This document shows positions 40,958-50,297 of a DNA stretch of 64,000 bases, piece by piece. The notes under the pieces are model-generated. The model saw nothing but the letters and a program-made list of their open reading frames with translations, was not told the origin of the DNA and did no database searches. Numbering within the stretch: position 1 is the first letter of the stretch; every line of letters begins with the position of its first letter. Where the stretch lies: positions 1,243-65,242 of the forward strand of contig JBEBXJ010000004.1 in NCBI GenBank assembly GCA_040391685.1, written 5' to 3'. This DNA comes from Paenimyroides baculatum (GTDB lineage Bacteria > Bacteroidota > Bacteroidia > Flavobacteriales > Flavobacteriaceae). The position numbers and the translations under genes are program-made.

Positions 40958-42355
40958 ATGTTTACACACGACGAAGAAGATTTTTTTAGAATGTCAATTT
41001 CAAAATTCGAGAATATGCTTAAAACAAACAAGATTTGTTTTTTCGATTCAGAAGAGTTTGAAAACATTATACTGCATTATTTAGATTCTGGTAAGATAAA
41101 CCTATCTAAAAAGGCACTGAAACTGGGGTTGGAACAACATCCAAATTCCATCGGGCTGAAACTTGTTCAGGTAGAACTTTTGGTTTTTGAGAACAAGTTA
41201 GACAAAGCCGAAAAGTTATTGAATGAAGTACAGCATATCGATCCAAGAAACGATGAAGTTTACATTCAGCGTGCAAATATCTTTTCAAAACAAGGCAGTC
41301 ACAAAAAAGCAATCGAATGCTTAAATATTGCCTTGCAATATACCGAAGATTTTGCCGATGTTTATTCTTTACTGGGGATGGAATATCTGTTTGTCGATGA
41401 AATTTTACAGGCAAAAGATGCTTTTATCAAGTGTTTGGAGCACGATGCAGAAGATCAAACCGCACTTTACAACGTTGTTTACTGTTACGATTTTCTGGAC
41501 AACCATCAGGAAGCTATAGAATTTTTAGAAGAATTTATTGATCACAATCCTTATTCCGAAGTAGCTTGGCATCAGTTGGGTCGTCAGTACTATACCTTAA
41601 AAGATTTCCGTAAGGCAATAGAAGCATTTGATTTTGCATGTATTATCGATGAAAACTTTGTCGGTGCTTATCTTGAAAAAGGTAAATCGTACGAAAAACT
41701 TAAAATGTATTCGCAAGCAATCAGTTGTTATAAAGAAACTTTGCAGTTAGATGACCCTTCGTCTTACGTTTACCGAAGAATAGGTTTCTGTTATGAAGCA
41801 TTGAAAAATTATGACAAAGCCTTAAAATATTATTTGCGTTCGGTTCACGAAGATCCGCTGATGGATAAATCATGGATTGCCATTGCAGATTTATACTTAA
41901 AAAAGAACGACTTTAAAAAAGCATTGCAGTTTGTAAATAAAGCATTGGGGATTGACGAACATAACCATTTATACTGGCGCCGATTTGCAATCATTAATAA
42001 AGATTTGTTGTTTTTAGAAGAAGCAGAACTCGGTTTTAGAAAAGCTATTGAACACGGCGACACGTTTTTAGATACGTGGCTGTATTGGAGTGATTCGTTT
42101 CGTTTGCTGGAAGATTACACACAGGCAACAGAAAAATTATTAAAAGCTCGTGAAATTTTTAATGACGAGTATGAAATTGAATACCGTTTGGCAGGTTTGT
42201 ACATGTTGGTTGAAGAAACAGAGAAAGCGCTGTACCATTTAACCAACGCAATGGCTTTAAATTACACTAACCGCACCTTATTGCAGACATTATTTCCTAC
42301 GGTTTGGGAAAATGAACAAGTACAGACTTATATTCAGAATTTTAATCAGGAATAA
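40958..42355 (+). CDS. Tetratricopeptide repeat protein
   Basis: Multiple TPR-like repeats; FDSEEFE N-terminus. Confidence 0.9.
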   Translation: MFTHDEEDFFRMSISKFENMLKTNKICFFDSEEFENIILHYLDSGKINLSKKALKLGLEQHPNSIGLKLVQVELLVFENKLDKAEKLLNEVQHIDPRNDEVYIQRANIFSKQGSHKKAIECLNIALQYTEDFADVYSLLGMEYLFVDEILQAKDAFIKCLEHDAEDQTALYNVVYCYDFLDNHQEAIEFLEEFIDHNPYSEVAWHQLGRQYYTLKDFRKAIEAFDFACIIDENFVGAYLEKGKSYEKLKMYSQAISCYKETLQLDDPSSYVYRRIGFCYEALKNYDKALKYYLRSVHEDPLMDKSWIAIADLYLKKNDFKKALQFVNKALGIDEHNHLYWRRFAIINKDLLFLEEAELGFRKAIEHGDTFLDTWLYWSDSFRLLEDYTQATEKLLKAREIFNDEYEIEYRLAGLYMLVEETEKALYHLTNAMALNYTNRTLLQTLFPTVWENEQVQTYIQNFNQE

Positions 42356-42385
42356 TCGTTATTTTATATAACGATTTTTTTTATT

Positions 42386-43102
42386 ATGAAAACATACGGT
42401 TTAATAGGCAAAAACATCAGCTATTCTTTTTCGCGAAACTACTTCTATGAAAAGTTTAAAAAAGAACAAATATTAAATACACAATATATTAATTTTGACA
42501 TAGATAGCATTATTCATGTCAATAAATTATTTAACGAAAATAATTCAGGATATAATGTAACTATTCCTTATAAAGAAGCTATTATCCCCTATTTAGACAC
42601 ATTAGATTTTCATGCTAAACAGATTGGTGCTGTAAATACAATTCAAATTAAAAATGGTAAAAAAACAGGTTTCAATACCGATTGGATCGGCTTTAAAAAA
42701 TCGTTAGAACCTTTACTAAAACCAAATCACAACAAAGCACTAATTTTAGGGACTGGCGGTGCAAGTAAAGCGGTAATTTATGCTTTAAAACAATTACAAA
42801 TCAAAACCTTAATTGTATCGCGCAACGGTGAAACCACTTATGAAGATTTATCAGAAGAAATCATACAAAATCATACAATTATTATAAACTGTACGCCTTT
42901 AGGTACCTTTCCAGATGTAGATTCAGCGCCCGAAATTCCTTATCAGTTCATCACTGAAAATCATCTGGCATACGATTTAATCTACAATCCTGCAGAAACA
43001 ATGTTTCTTAAAAAATGTAAAGAAAAAGGAGCTGCTATTAAAAATGGACTGGAGATGTTGGAAATTCAGGCTGAAGAATCATGGAAAATTTGGAACAGCT
43101 GA
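42386..43102 (+). CDS. aroE: Shikimate dehydrogenase
   Basis: NVTIPYK, GAVNT, NTD, LGTGGA, DLIYNP, NGLEML. Confidence 0.95.
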   Translation: MKTYGLIGKNISYSFSRNYFYEKFKKEQILNTQYINFDIDSIIHVNKLFNENNSGYNVTIPYKEAIIPYLDTLDFHAKQIGAVNTIQIKNGKKTGFNTDWIGFKKSLEPLLKPNHNKALILGTGGASKAVIYALKQLQIKTLIVSRNGETTYEDLSEEIIQNHTIIINCTPLGTFPDVDSAPEIPYQFITENHLAYDLIYNPAETMFLKKCKEKGAAIKNGLEMLEIQAEESWKIWNS

Positions 43103-43186
43103 TACTATTTCACATAAAATATTTGTCGACTTTCAATTAATTATTTATCTTTCACAAATAATTTTGTTAAACTTATACATTAAAAG

Positions 43187-45061
43187 ATGTTAGAAGAAAA
43201 GAATGATAACCTGCAACAAGCAGACGGACTGACCCCTGAAACAGAAACAAACACTATTGTTGATGCAATAAATTCAACAAATGCCGAAGACAGTGAGACG
43301 TCGTCTATAAACGAAAGCAACCATATACCTTTGGCTAATTACGACGAATTATCGTTAGACGAGTTGAATGCTGAATTGGATACTTTACTTAAAACCGAAA
43401 AAATTACGGCAATCCGCGAGCACGTGGAAGCTATTAAACGCAGTTTTTTACACAAATACACCGAACTGATTGATGAAAAAAGAAAGATCTTTTTAGAGGA
43501 GAATCCGGATGCTTTTTCTACCGATTTCCACTACGAACTTCCTGCTAAAAATCAATTCGATTCTTTATACCACAATTACAGAGACCAGCGAAACAGTCAT
43601 TTTAAATCTATTCAGGATCAGCTGAAAAAGAATTTGGCTGACAGAAACCAGATCATTACCGAATTAAAAGAAATAGTCGAAAATACCGAAAATTTCAACG
43701 CGGCATTAAAAGACATACAACAGTTGCGCGAACGCTGGAACAATGGTGGTCCGATACCGAAGGACAACTATAACCATGTTTGGAATAATTTCCATTTTCA
43801 TTTAGAGCGTTTTTATGACCAGCTTCATTTAGACCGTGAAGCACGCGATTTGGATTTTAAAAACAATTTAGAACGAAAACAGAAAATAATAGAGCGTGCA
43901 AGCACGTTGATTAACGAACCGGATATCCGCAAGGCTTTCAGGGAACTGCAAACACTGCACCGTATCTGGAAAGAAGAAATAGGACCGGTTGCAAAAGAAC
44001 ACCGTGAAGAAATCTGGCAGAATTTCAGTAATATAACCAGACAGTTACATAGCAGACGTGAATTGCTGCAAAATGAAATACGCGAGCGAGAAGAAAACAA
44101 TCTGGCAAAAAAGAATGAAGTTATTGCTGCTATTAATGAAATTGCTTCAAAAGAATTTCATTCGCACAGCGATTGGCAAAATGCCATTAAGGAAATTGAA
44201 CAGTTAAGAACACAGTTTTTTAATACAGGAAGGGTTCCTATGGAACAAAATGAGGAAACTTGGGCAAGCTTTAAAAACGTTACCAGAAATTTCAACATCC
44301 ATAAAAACAATTTCTATAAAGACATTAAAAAGGAACAACAGGACAACTTAATTAAAAAACAAGCGTTAATTGAACAGGCAAAATCGTTAAGCGAAAGCAC
44401 AGACTACGACAATACAACGCCTGTAATGAAAAAAATTCAGGAAGAATGGAAACATGTTGGACATGTACCTAGAAAATTTTCTGACAGTTTATGGAAAGAG
44501 TTCAAGCAAATATGCAACTCTTATTTTGACAGGTTACATACCGAACGAAACAAGGAGATTGATGCAGAAATGGCAAACTTTAATAGTAAAAAAGAGTACT
44601 TGGAAAGTTTGAAGGATTTTGAGTTGACAGGTGATCATAAAACAGATTTAGATGCTATTAAAAAGCATATTGAAAACTGGAAAGGTTTAGGAGTTGTCCC
44701 GCAAACAAGAAGACATATTGAAGGTAAATTCAACAAAGTATTAGATGCCTTGTTTGATAAATTAAGCATGTCTAAAAAAGAAGCCGAACTGGTAAAATTC
44801 AACAATAAAATTGAAAACCTTATGGAAAGCAATGACAGCCGCCGTTTACAAAACGAAACCATTTTTGTGCAGCGCAAGTTAGAAGAGCTTCAGTCGGAAA
44901 TTTTTCAGTTGGAAAACAACGTACAGTTCATTTCTAATGCAAAAGCAGATAATCCGCTTGTAAAAGAAATCAACAAAAACATCGACCGTCATAAAGACGA
45001 ATTGAAATTATGGAAAGAAAAATTAGTTCAGTTAAAAAACATCCATAAAAATGATGCATAA
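43187..45061 (+). CDS. DUF349 repeat coiled-coil protein
   Basis: Repeated W..[GA]P[IV]P...W..F units (WNNGGPIP, WKEEIGPVA, WKHVGHVP). Confidence 0.9.
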   Translation: MLEEKNDNLQQADGLTPETETNTIVDAINSTNAEDSETSSINESNHIPLANYDELSLDELNAELDTLLKTEKITAIREHVEAIKRSFLHKYTELIDEKRKIFLEENPDAFSTDFHYELPAKNQFDSLYHNYRDQRNSHFKSIQDQLKKNLADRNQIITELKEIVENTENFNAALKDIQQLRERWNNGGPIPKDNYNHVWNNFHFHLERFYDQLHLDREARDLDFKNNLERKQKIIERASTLINEPDIRKAFRELQTLHRIWKEEIGPVAKEHREEIWQNFSNITRQLHSRRELLQNEIREREENNLAKKNEVIAAINEIASKEFHSHSDWQNAIKEIEQLRTQFFNTGRVPMEQNEETWASFKNVTRNFNIHKNNFYKDIKKEQQDNLIKKQALIEQAKSLSESTDYDNTTPVMKKIQEEWKHVGHVPRKFSDSLWKEFKQICNSYFDRLHTERNKEIDAEMANFNSKKEYLESLKDFELTGDHKTDLDAIKKHIENWKGLGVVPQTRRHIEGKFNKVLDALFDKLSMSKKEAELVKFNNKIENLMESNDSRRLQNETIFVQRKLEELQSEIFQLENNVQFISNAKADNPLVKEINKNIDRHKDELKLWKEKLVQLKNIHKNDA

Positions 45062-45656
45062 CACACAAAACCGGAGATTTCCGGTTTTTTTCGTTTCAAG
45101 GCAAATCACTGTAATTCTGTTACTTCTTTTTTTGGTTGGATGTAAATCAAAAACCGACTGGCGCGACAAATACAACAAGTCAAAAACCGAAAAAAAAGCC
45201 GTATCAACAAAGAAAAATACCATTGAAAAACCTGATAATATACAGGATATTAGCAAAATACTCGATGTTAGCGAAAGTACTTTAAAAGACAAAAAACTGT
45301 ACAATTTTATTATCGATTGGTACGGAACACCCTACAAATACGGCGGAATGAATGAAGACGGAATCGATTGTTCAGGTTTTACCAATATTTTATACAAAGA
45401 AATCTATAAAATTCAGCTGCCGCGTACATCTAAAGATATTGCCGAAAACGTTAAACGAAAATATACCAACGATTTAAAAGAAGGCGATCTGGTTTTCTTT
45501 TCGTTTGGAAGCACAGGTACAGTAAATCATGTAGGTGTTTACCTGCACAATAACAAATTTGTACATGCATCAACATCAAAAGGTGTTATCATTTCAAATT
45601 TAACCGAACCTTATTATGGTGATTATCTGGTAAAATGTGGATCTTATAAAAATTAA
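45051..45656 (+). CDS. NlpC/P60 (C40) peptidase lipoprotein
   Basis: Lipobox LVGC; GTPYKYGG, DCSG, GDLVFF, HVGVY, FVHAS. Confidence 0.92.
   Translation: MMHNTQNRRFPVFFVSRQITVILLLLFLVGCKSKTDWRDKYNKSKTEKKAVSTKKNTIEKPDNIQDISKILDVSESTLKDKKLYNFIIDWYGTPYKYGGMNEDGIDCSGFTNILYKEIYKIQLPRTSKDIAENVKRKYTNDLKEGDLVFFSFGSTGTVNHVGVYLHNNKFVHASTSKGVIISNLTEPYYGDYLVKCGSYKN
45067..45091 (+). terminator. Terminator-like hairpin after the DUF349 gene, inside the 5' end of the NlpC ORF
   Basis: AAAACCGGAG-AT-TTCCGGTTTT followed by TTT. Confidence 0.65.
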
Positions 45657-45668
45657 TAGCAACCTGGA

Positions 45669-46364
45669 ATGACAAAAACATTTGCCGATAAAATTATATC
45701 TTTCAACAAACAGCTTAACTATTCAGGCAGCCTGCCAAACGATTTTCAGGTTCTAAATCCTTACCTGTCAAATCCAGAAACGCTGAAAGTTATGCAACAG
45801 TTTTATCATAAATATTACAACGATAACAAACAAAGGAAATTTATTGTAGGAATTAATCCAAGCCGCCACGGTGCGGGCGTTACAGGTGTTCCGTTTACAG
45901 ATACCAAACGATTGGAAAGTGTTTGCGGTATACCAATGGAATCGGCACATACACATGAAATTTCGTCGGTTTATGTGTACGATGTAATTGAAGAATTTGG
46001 CGGAGCAAAAAAATTTTATCAGGAATTTTATATCAACTCCCCTTTTCCGCTGGCAATTATCCGTCAAACAAAAAATAACAGTTGGATAAATGCTAATTAT
46101 TATGACGATTTACAGCTTTTTAAAAATGTAAAAAGCTTTATGATTGATTCTTTAAAAAAGCACATTGCATTAGGATTAGATACCCAGGAAGTATTTATTT
46201 TAGGAAAAAAAAATGCTACTTTCATTACGAAAATTAATGAAGAAGCGAAATTGTTTGAAAAAATTACGGTATTAGAACATCCGCGATACATACAGCAATA
46301 TAAATCCAAAGAAAAACAGTTTTATATCGATAAATATATAATGGCTTTAAGTTCAGTAAAATAA
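45669..46364 (+). CDS. SMUG-like uracil-DNA glycosylase (DUF4918 family)
   Basis: GINPSRHGAGVTGVPFTD, NYYD, LEHPRYIQQY. Confidence 0.88.
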   Translation: MTKTFADKIISFNKQLNYSGSLPNDFQVLNPYLSNPETLKVMQQFYHKYYNDNKQRKFIVGINPSRHGAGVTGVPFTDTKRLESVCGIPMESAHTHEISSVYVYDVIEEFGGAKKFYQEFYINSPFPLAIIRQTKNNSWINANYYDDLQLFKNVKSFMIDSLKKHIALGLDTQEVFILGKKNATFITKINEEAKLFEKITVLEHPRYIQQYKSKEKQFYIDKYIMALSSVK

Positions 46365-46372
46365 AGATAAAT

Positions 46373-46762
46373 ATGAATCAGGATATTTTAAGTTATAACG
46401 AAGCACTTTCTGTTGAAGATCGATTAATTTGTGATTTACTTTCTATAGAAATTTCTACACATCTTCCCGATGCCGAAAGTAAAATCTGGCATGCACATCC
46501 GGTATGGTTTTTAAACGGAAATCCAATTGTTGGTTACAGTAAACAGAAAGCGGGTATCAGATTGATGTTTTGGAGTGGGATCGATTTTAACGAAGAAGCA
46601 CTGAACATTCACGGTAAAAAATTTAAAGACGCATCTGTTTTCTATAATACTGTTTCAGAAATTGATCGAAACGATTTAAAAAGATGGCTCGGAAAATCAA
46701 AAGAAATCCAATGGGATTATAAAAACATCGTAAAAAGAAAAGGCGTCCTGATAAAGCTTTAA
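46373..46762 (+). CDS. DUF1801 family protein
   Basis: KIWHAHPVWFL.GNPIVGY, LMFWSG, QWDYKNIVK. Confidence 0.85.
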   Translation: MNQDILSYNEALSVEDRLICDLLSIEISTHLPDAESKIWHAHPVWFLNGNPIVGYSKQKAGIRLMFWSGIDFNEEALNIHGKKFKDASVFYNTVSEIDRNDLKRWLGKSKEIQWDYKNIVKRKGVLIKL

Positions 46763-46769
46763 TTTAAAA

Positions 46770-47504
46770 TTACTCTACTCCATTATGAAGTTTTAACAAC
46801 TGCAGTGCGTTTATAACAGCTGCAGGAGATGCCGTATTGTTAAAATATACATAGGCTTCCTCATACCCTTTTAAAATTAATTCGTCATAAAATATTTTCA
46901 ATTCCACAGAAGGATATTCCGAATAAAATAATTTGGGAATTCCGTGGAACCTGAAATATCCAACAGAAGTATTCTTAACCATTTCATGGGGTAAACCCGG
47001 ATAGCTCGGATTGCAAAAGACAATATTTTTAGCTGCCAGTTGTTGTATCACGTTTATTCGCCACCAGCTTTCGTGCCTGAATTCGATAACGTTTTTAAAT
47101 CCCGTATCCAATTTTTCCATCAGTAGTTCCAACCTGTCTTCGCTATATGAAAACCCCGGTGGAAATTGCCATAAGATGCCTGCCAGTTTATCTTTTAAAC
47201 CATCAGCTACCACCTTGTAAAAATCTTTTATATCCTGATCGCTGTCGTTCATTTTTTTAATGTGCGTTATGGTTTTTGGAACCTTAATGCTGAACTTAAA
47301 ACCAATCGGCGTTTTCTCGTACCATTTCTCCAAACTGCCCACTGTTGGAAACCTATAGAACGAGCCATTAAATTCGTAGGTATTAAAATATCTGCAATAA
47401 TATTCGAACCAGTCTTTCTTTGACAACTTTTCCGGATAAAACAGGGGTTGCCATGAAGCCGTTGCATAACTTGAACAACCAATGTATAATTTACTTAATT
47501 TCAT
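46770..47504 (-). CDS. DUF72 (YecE-like) protein
   Basis: YIGCSSY, E.NGSFY, QFPP, EFRHESW, RFHG, YFNN; start moved to ATG 47504, an ATGA overlap with the upstream stop. Confidence 0.9.
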   Translation of the reverse strand: MKLSKLYIGCSSYATASWQPLFYPEKLSKKDWFEYYCRYFNTYEFNGSFYRFPTVGSLEKWYEKTPIGFKFSIKVPKTITHIKKMNDSDQDIKDFYKVVADGLKDKLAGILWQFPPGFSYSEDRLELLMEKLDTGFKNVIEFRHESWWRINVIQQLAAKNIVFCNPSYPGLPHEMVKNTSVGYFRFHGIPKLFYSEYPSVELKIFYDELILKGYEEAYVYFNNTASPAAVINALQLLKLHNGVE

Positions 47505-48232
47505 ACGAACAGTTTTTGACATGAAGTACAGAAGAAGCTCCTGCGTTTTTTTGTTCCTGTTATTTTTCTGTACACAGGCAGGTTGCACCGCAGGCATAGC
47601 TTTTTTGTGTGCGCCAGCCAGTGCTGTCTCAATGTGTATTCCATTTTCCATTTCAGGAAATCGAAACTGTATATCTTAGCCTGTTTTACAATGGTTTTTA
47701 AATCTTTTCCGGGGATTTTCCCAACCAGAGATTCCGGATGTACCTTTACCCTGTAAAGCACTTCATTTTTTATAATATTACCCACCCCCGCAAAAATATC
47801 CTGTTCCAATAAGGCGTCACAAATTAACCGGTTGGGCATTTTTCCTAATTTTTCAAGTGCCCTTTTATTGTCCCACCTTTCGTTCATCACATCAACAGAC
47901 CAATCATAATGGGAATTGACATCGCCTTCCAAAAACTTTACTGAAGCACTGTAAATGTTTATTATTCCACTGTCAAAAACCAACCCTAACCGTAAGGGTG
48001 TCACCTTGGTTTCATTCACCAGGTAACTGCCAAACAACAGAAAATGAATCCGAACCGTAAAATCGTCAAAACACAGTAACAGATGCTTTCCCCATGATTT
48101 GATATCGGTCAACGTCTTGTTTTCGATTCTTTCAATTCCTGCTTTAGAGTTTCCTTCTACAGCAACCACCTTTTTTCCTATAAAAGGCAGCATTTGTTCT
48201 CTGGCAATTACAATACTTGGACCTTCGGGCAT
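47501..48232 (-). CDS. Fpg/Nei family DNA glycosylase/AP lyase
   Basis: N-terminal MPEG, GKHL, LLEQDIFAGVGNI, C-terminal Zn finger CLRC...CTSCQ. Confidence 0.92.
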   Translation of the reverse strand: MPEGPSIVIAREQMLPFIGKKVVAVEGNSKAGIERIENKTLTDIKSWGKHLLLCFDDFTVRIHFLLFGSYLVNETKVTPLRLGLVFDSGIINIYSASVKFLEGDVNSHYDWSVDVMNERWDNKRALEKLGKMPNRLICDALLEQDIFAGVGNIIKNEVLYRVKVHPESLVGKIPGKDLKTIVKQAKIYSFDFLKWKMEYTLRQHWLAHTKKLCLRCNLPVYRKITGTKKRRSFFCTSCQKLFV

Positions 48233-48294
48233 ATCTTTATTTTTAAATTAAATGATTATCGGAAAGATTACACTAAAGAGAATGTATCACCCCC

Positions 48295-48436
48295 TCGTCA
48301 GTTCGAGCGGAGTCGAGAACTGGAGCCTGTCGAGAACCTATAATTAACAACTTCTCGATAGCCTGGCTTGACATCTCGGCTTCGCTCGATGTGACAGTTG
48401 CTAAAGGCTTCACTGTGTTGCGCTAGTCGAAGTGAC
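48295..48436 (+). repeat. REP-like palindromic element, copy 1 (carries a 60-nt internal insertion)
   Basis: TCGTCAGTTCGAGCGGAGTCGAGAAC...CTTCTCGATA[60 nt]CGCTAGTCGAAGTGAC; inverted copy at 55396-55478. Confidence 0.85.
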
Positions 48437-48551
48437 AACTTATCTACATACAATATCGTATTAAATATACTTTTGGTACAAAGTTCCAGATAGTCATTTT
48501 AAATTATAATTTACCAGTAACTTAAAACCTTACTGCAATTATAAGACCCAA

Positions 48552-48608
48552 AAAAAGCCGCCTCGTTGGCAAGAACAGTTAAAATGGTCTTGTCTGAGAC
48601 GGCTTTTT
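48552..48608 (-). terminator. Long hairpin terminator downstream of the DUF892 gene
   Basis: Minus strand AAAAAGCCGTCTC...GAGGCGGCTTTTTTT with inner CAAGA/TCTTG stem. Confidence 0.7.
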
Positions 48609-48814
48609 CCTTTTCATAGCAATTTTAATGTGGTACTTATTCAAGCAGATCGTTATCAAACAATAATAGTTGTACAAATGAAAACACAATTAAAAAAGTA
48701 GAACAAATACAAATAGTACATCTGCCAACTTGACTTAAGGTGAGATACCATTTAACAACAATTCTATCTTTTATAAGATACCGATATAGCGATTAACCAT
48801 AACAGGTTAAGATG

Positions 48815-49501
48815 TTATTCATTTTTAGCCTCGAAATTCACATGTTCTTCGGCTATTTCCGTAAGGATATAATCTGTTTCTTCTTCTTCATCTAAAGTAG
48901 TTTCCAACAAATCGGCAACTTTTTCATACCCCAGCGTAATGGCAATTTGAACCAATCCGCCATACGTAGCAATTTCATAGTGTTCCACTTTTTGAGCGCC
49001 AATAATAATAGCCACGTCACGCGTCATGGAACCGTCTTCGGTATTTTTAACCATCTCGTCCACTTCCTTCAAAATCCCGTCAATGGCATCACATTTTTTA
49101 TTTTTGGCATCTTCACCCAAAATTTTAAAAACTTTTTCCAAACGTAGGATCTGTTTCTTTGTCACCAGTTCGTGGTGTTCAATGGCTTCCTGCAATTCTT
49201 CCGAAGTTGCCTTGTTTTTAATTTTTGCAAGCGATCCTTCTATTGCTGCTTCCGCATAATAAATATCCTGCAAGGCACTTATGAAGAATTTTTCCAATTC
49301 CGTATGCTGTTTTTTATTTTCCATACCCTTCTCTTTTAAATCACTATCATTTTTTCCGCTGTTTAATACAGCATTACCGGTTTCCGGCTCCGTTTTTTTC
49401 TTGTTGTCCATAGTGCCGTTTTCCTCTTCTACCGGAATTACTTTTGTTTCCTCACTTTTAGAAGGAGCAGACTTTTCCAAGTTTTTATCTTTTTGATTCA
49501 T
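48815..49501 (-). CDS. DUF892 (YciE/YciF) ferritin-like stress protein with charged N-terminal extension
   Basis: LQDIYYAE, H..T..Q..RLE.VF, CDAIDGIL, AQKVEHYEIATYG, TLDEEEETD; start moved to ATG 49501. Confidence 0.93.
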   Translation of the reverse strand: MNQKDKNLEKSAPSKSEETKVIPVEEENGTMDNKKKTEPETGNAVLNSGKNDSDLKEKGMENKKQHTELEKFFISALQDIYYAEAAIEGSLAKIKNKATSEELQEAIEHHELVTKKQILRLEKVFKILGEDAKNKKCDAIDGILKEVDEMVKNTEDGSMTRDVAIIIGAQKVEHYEIATYGGLVQIAITLGYEKVADLLETTLDEEEETDYILTEIAEEHVNFEAKNE

Positions 49502-49522
49502 TATTAAAACATTTAAGATTAT

Positions 49523-49549
49523 AAAAAGGGGGAGGTTTCCCCCTTTTTT
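49523..49549 (-). terminator. Terminator hairpin between KGG and DUF892 genes
   Basis: AAAAAGGGGGA-GGTT-TCCCCCTTTTT. Confidence 0.75.
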
Positions 49550-49550
49550 A

Positions 49551-50297
49551 TTAACTATTTCTGCGCCCGCCAAATCCTGAACGGCTTCTTCCCGAAGCTA
49601 AACCACCCATGCGGGCAATTTTAGTTCTTTTGGACTTGCTCATAGATGCGAACCCACGGTTTGAAGTGTCTCCCGAACTTCCGTTAGACGAACGTGATCC
49701 CGAAGAACTTCCGCGACCTGATCCCGAGCTGCGGTTTGAATTCGCCCCACGTCCTGAACCAGAACTATTTGAATCAGATGAAGAACGTCCACGTCCCGAG
49801 CTTAAGTTTGAGCCACGTCTTGAACCTGAGCTATTTGAATTAGATGAAGAACGTTCACGTCCCGAGCTTGAACCCGAGTTGTTTGAATCAGATGAAGAAC
49901 GTCTGCGTCCCAAGCCTGAGTTTGAACCGCGACCTGATCTTGAACCTGATGAAGATCCCGATCCACGACCTGAACGCCCGCCTGATGTAAATCGACCTCT
50001 CGAATCCCTAGGATGTTGTTCATCAAAATCATCATCGTCGTCCCAATCTTCGTCATCGTCTTCATCGTCCTCCATATCGTCGTCGTCCCAATCATCATCG
50101 TCGTGATTTGAATTTCCATGGATGAAATCGTCTTCAAAATCAGAGAAATCATCATCATACTCTTCGTCTTCCGAGCCGTCTTCGTAACCGTGTTCGTATC
50201 CTAACTGGTAAATTTCTTCATGTAATTCTCTCATACTGTCATGAGAGCCGTGAGTATTCCGTGAACCGGAGCTTCTTCTATTATTTCTTGAATTCAT
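49551..50297 (-). CDS. Intrinsically disordered stress protein with acidic tract, R/G/S repeats and C-terminal KGG-type motif
   Basis: D/E tract, HPRDSRGRF, SGRGRSSS repeats, NRGFASMSKSKRTKIARMGG. Confidence 0.85.
   Translation of the reverse strand: MNSRNNRRSSGSRNTHGSHDSMRELHEEIYQLGYEHGYEDGSEDEEYDDDFSDFEDDFIHGNSNHDDDDWDDDDMEDDEDDDEDWDDDDDFDEQHPRDSRGRFTSGGRSGRGSGSSSGSRSGRGSNSGLGRRRSSSDSNNSGSSSGRERSSSNSNSSGSRRGSNLSSGRGRSSSDSNSSGSGRGANSNRSSGSGRGSSSGSRSSNGSSGDTSNRGFASMSKSKRTKIARMGGLASGRSRSGFGGRRNS
49680..49985. repeat. Degenerate intragenic tandem repeats encoding R/G/S units
   Basis: GATGAAGAACGT recurs three times; CACGTCCCGAGCTT and TTTGAATCAGATG recur. Confidence 0.75.

Noticed and set aside
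47505-47651. N-terminal extension of the DUF72 ORF
   Set aside because: Lies within the Fpg/Nei gene; ATGA coupling at 47504 marks the likely start
48295-48436. CRISPR array, tRNA or IS end
   Set aside because: No regular repeat-spacer units, cas genes, cloverleaf or transposase
49609-50158. 165-aa antisense ORF and 118-aa alternate-frame ORF over the KGG gene
   Set aside because: Expected by-products of low-complexity repeats that lack stop codons
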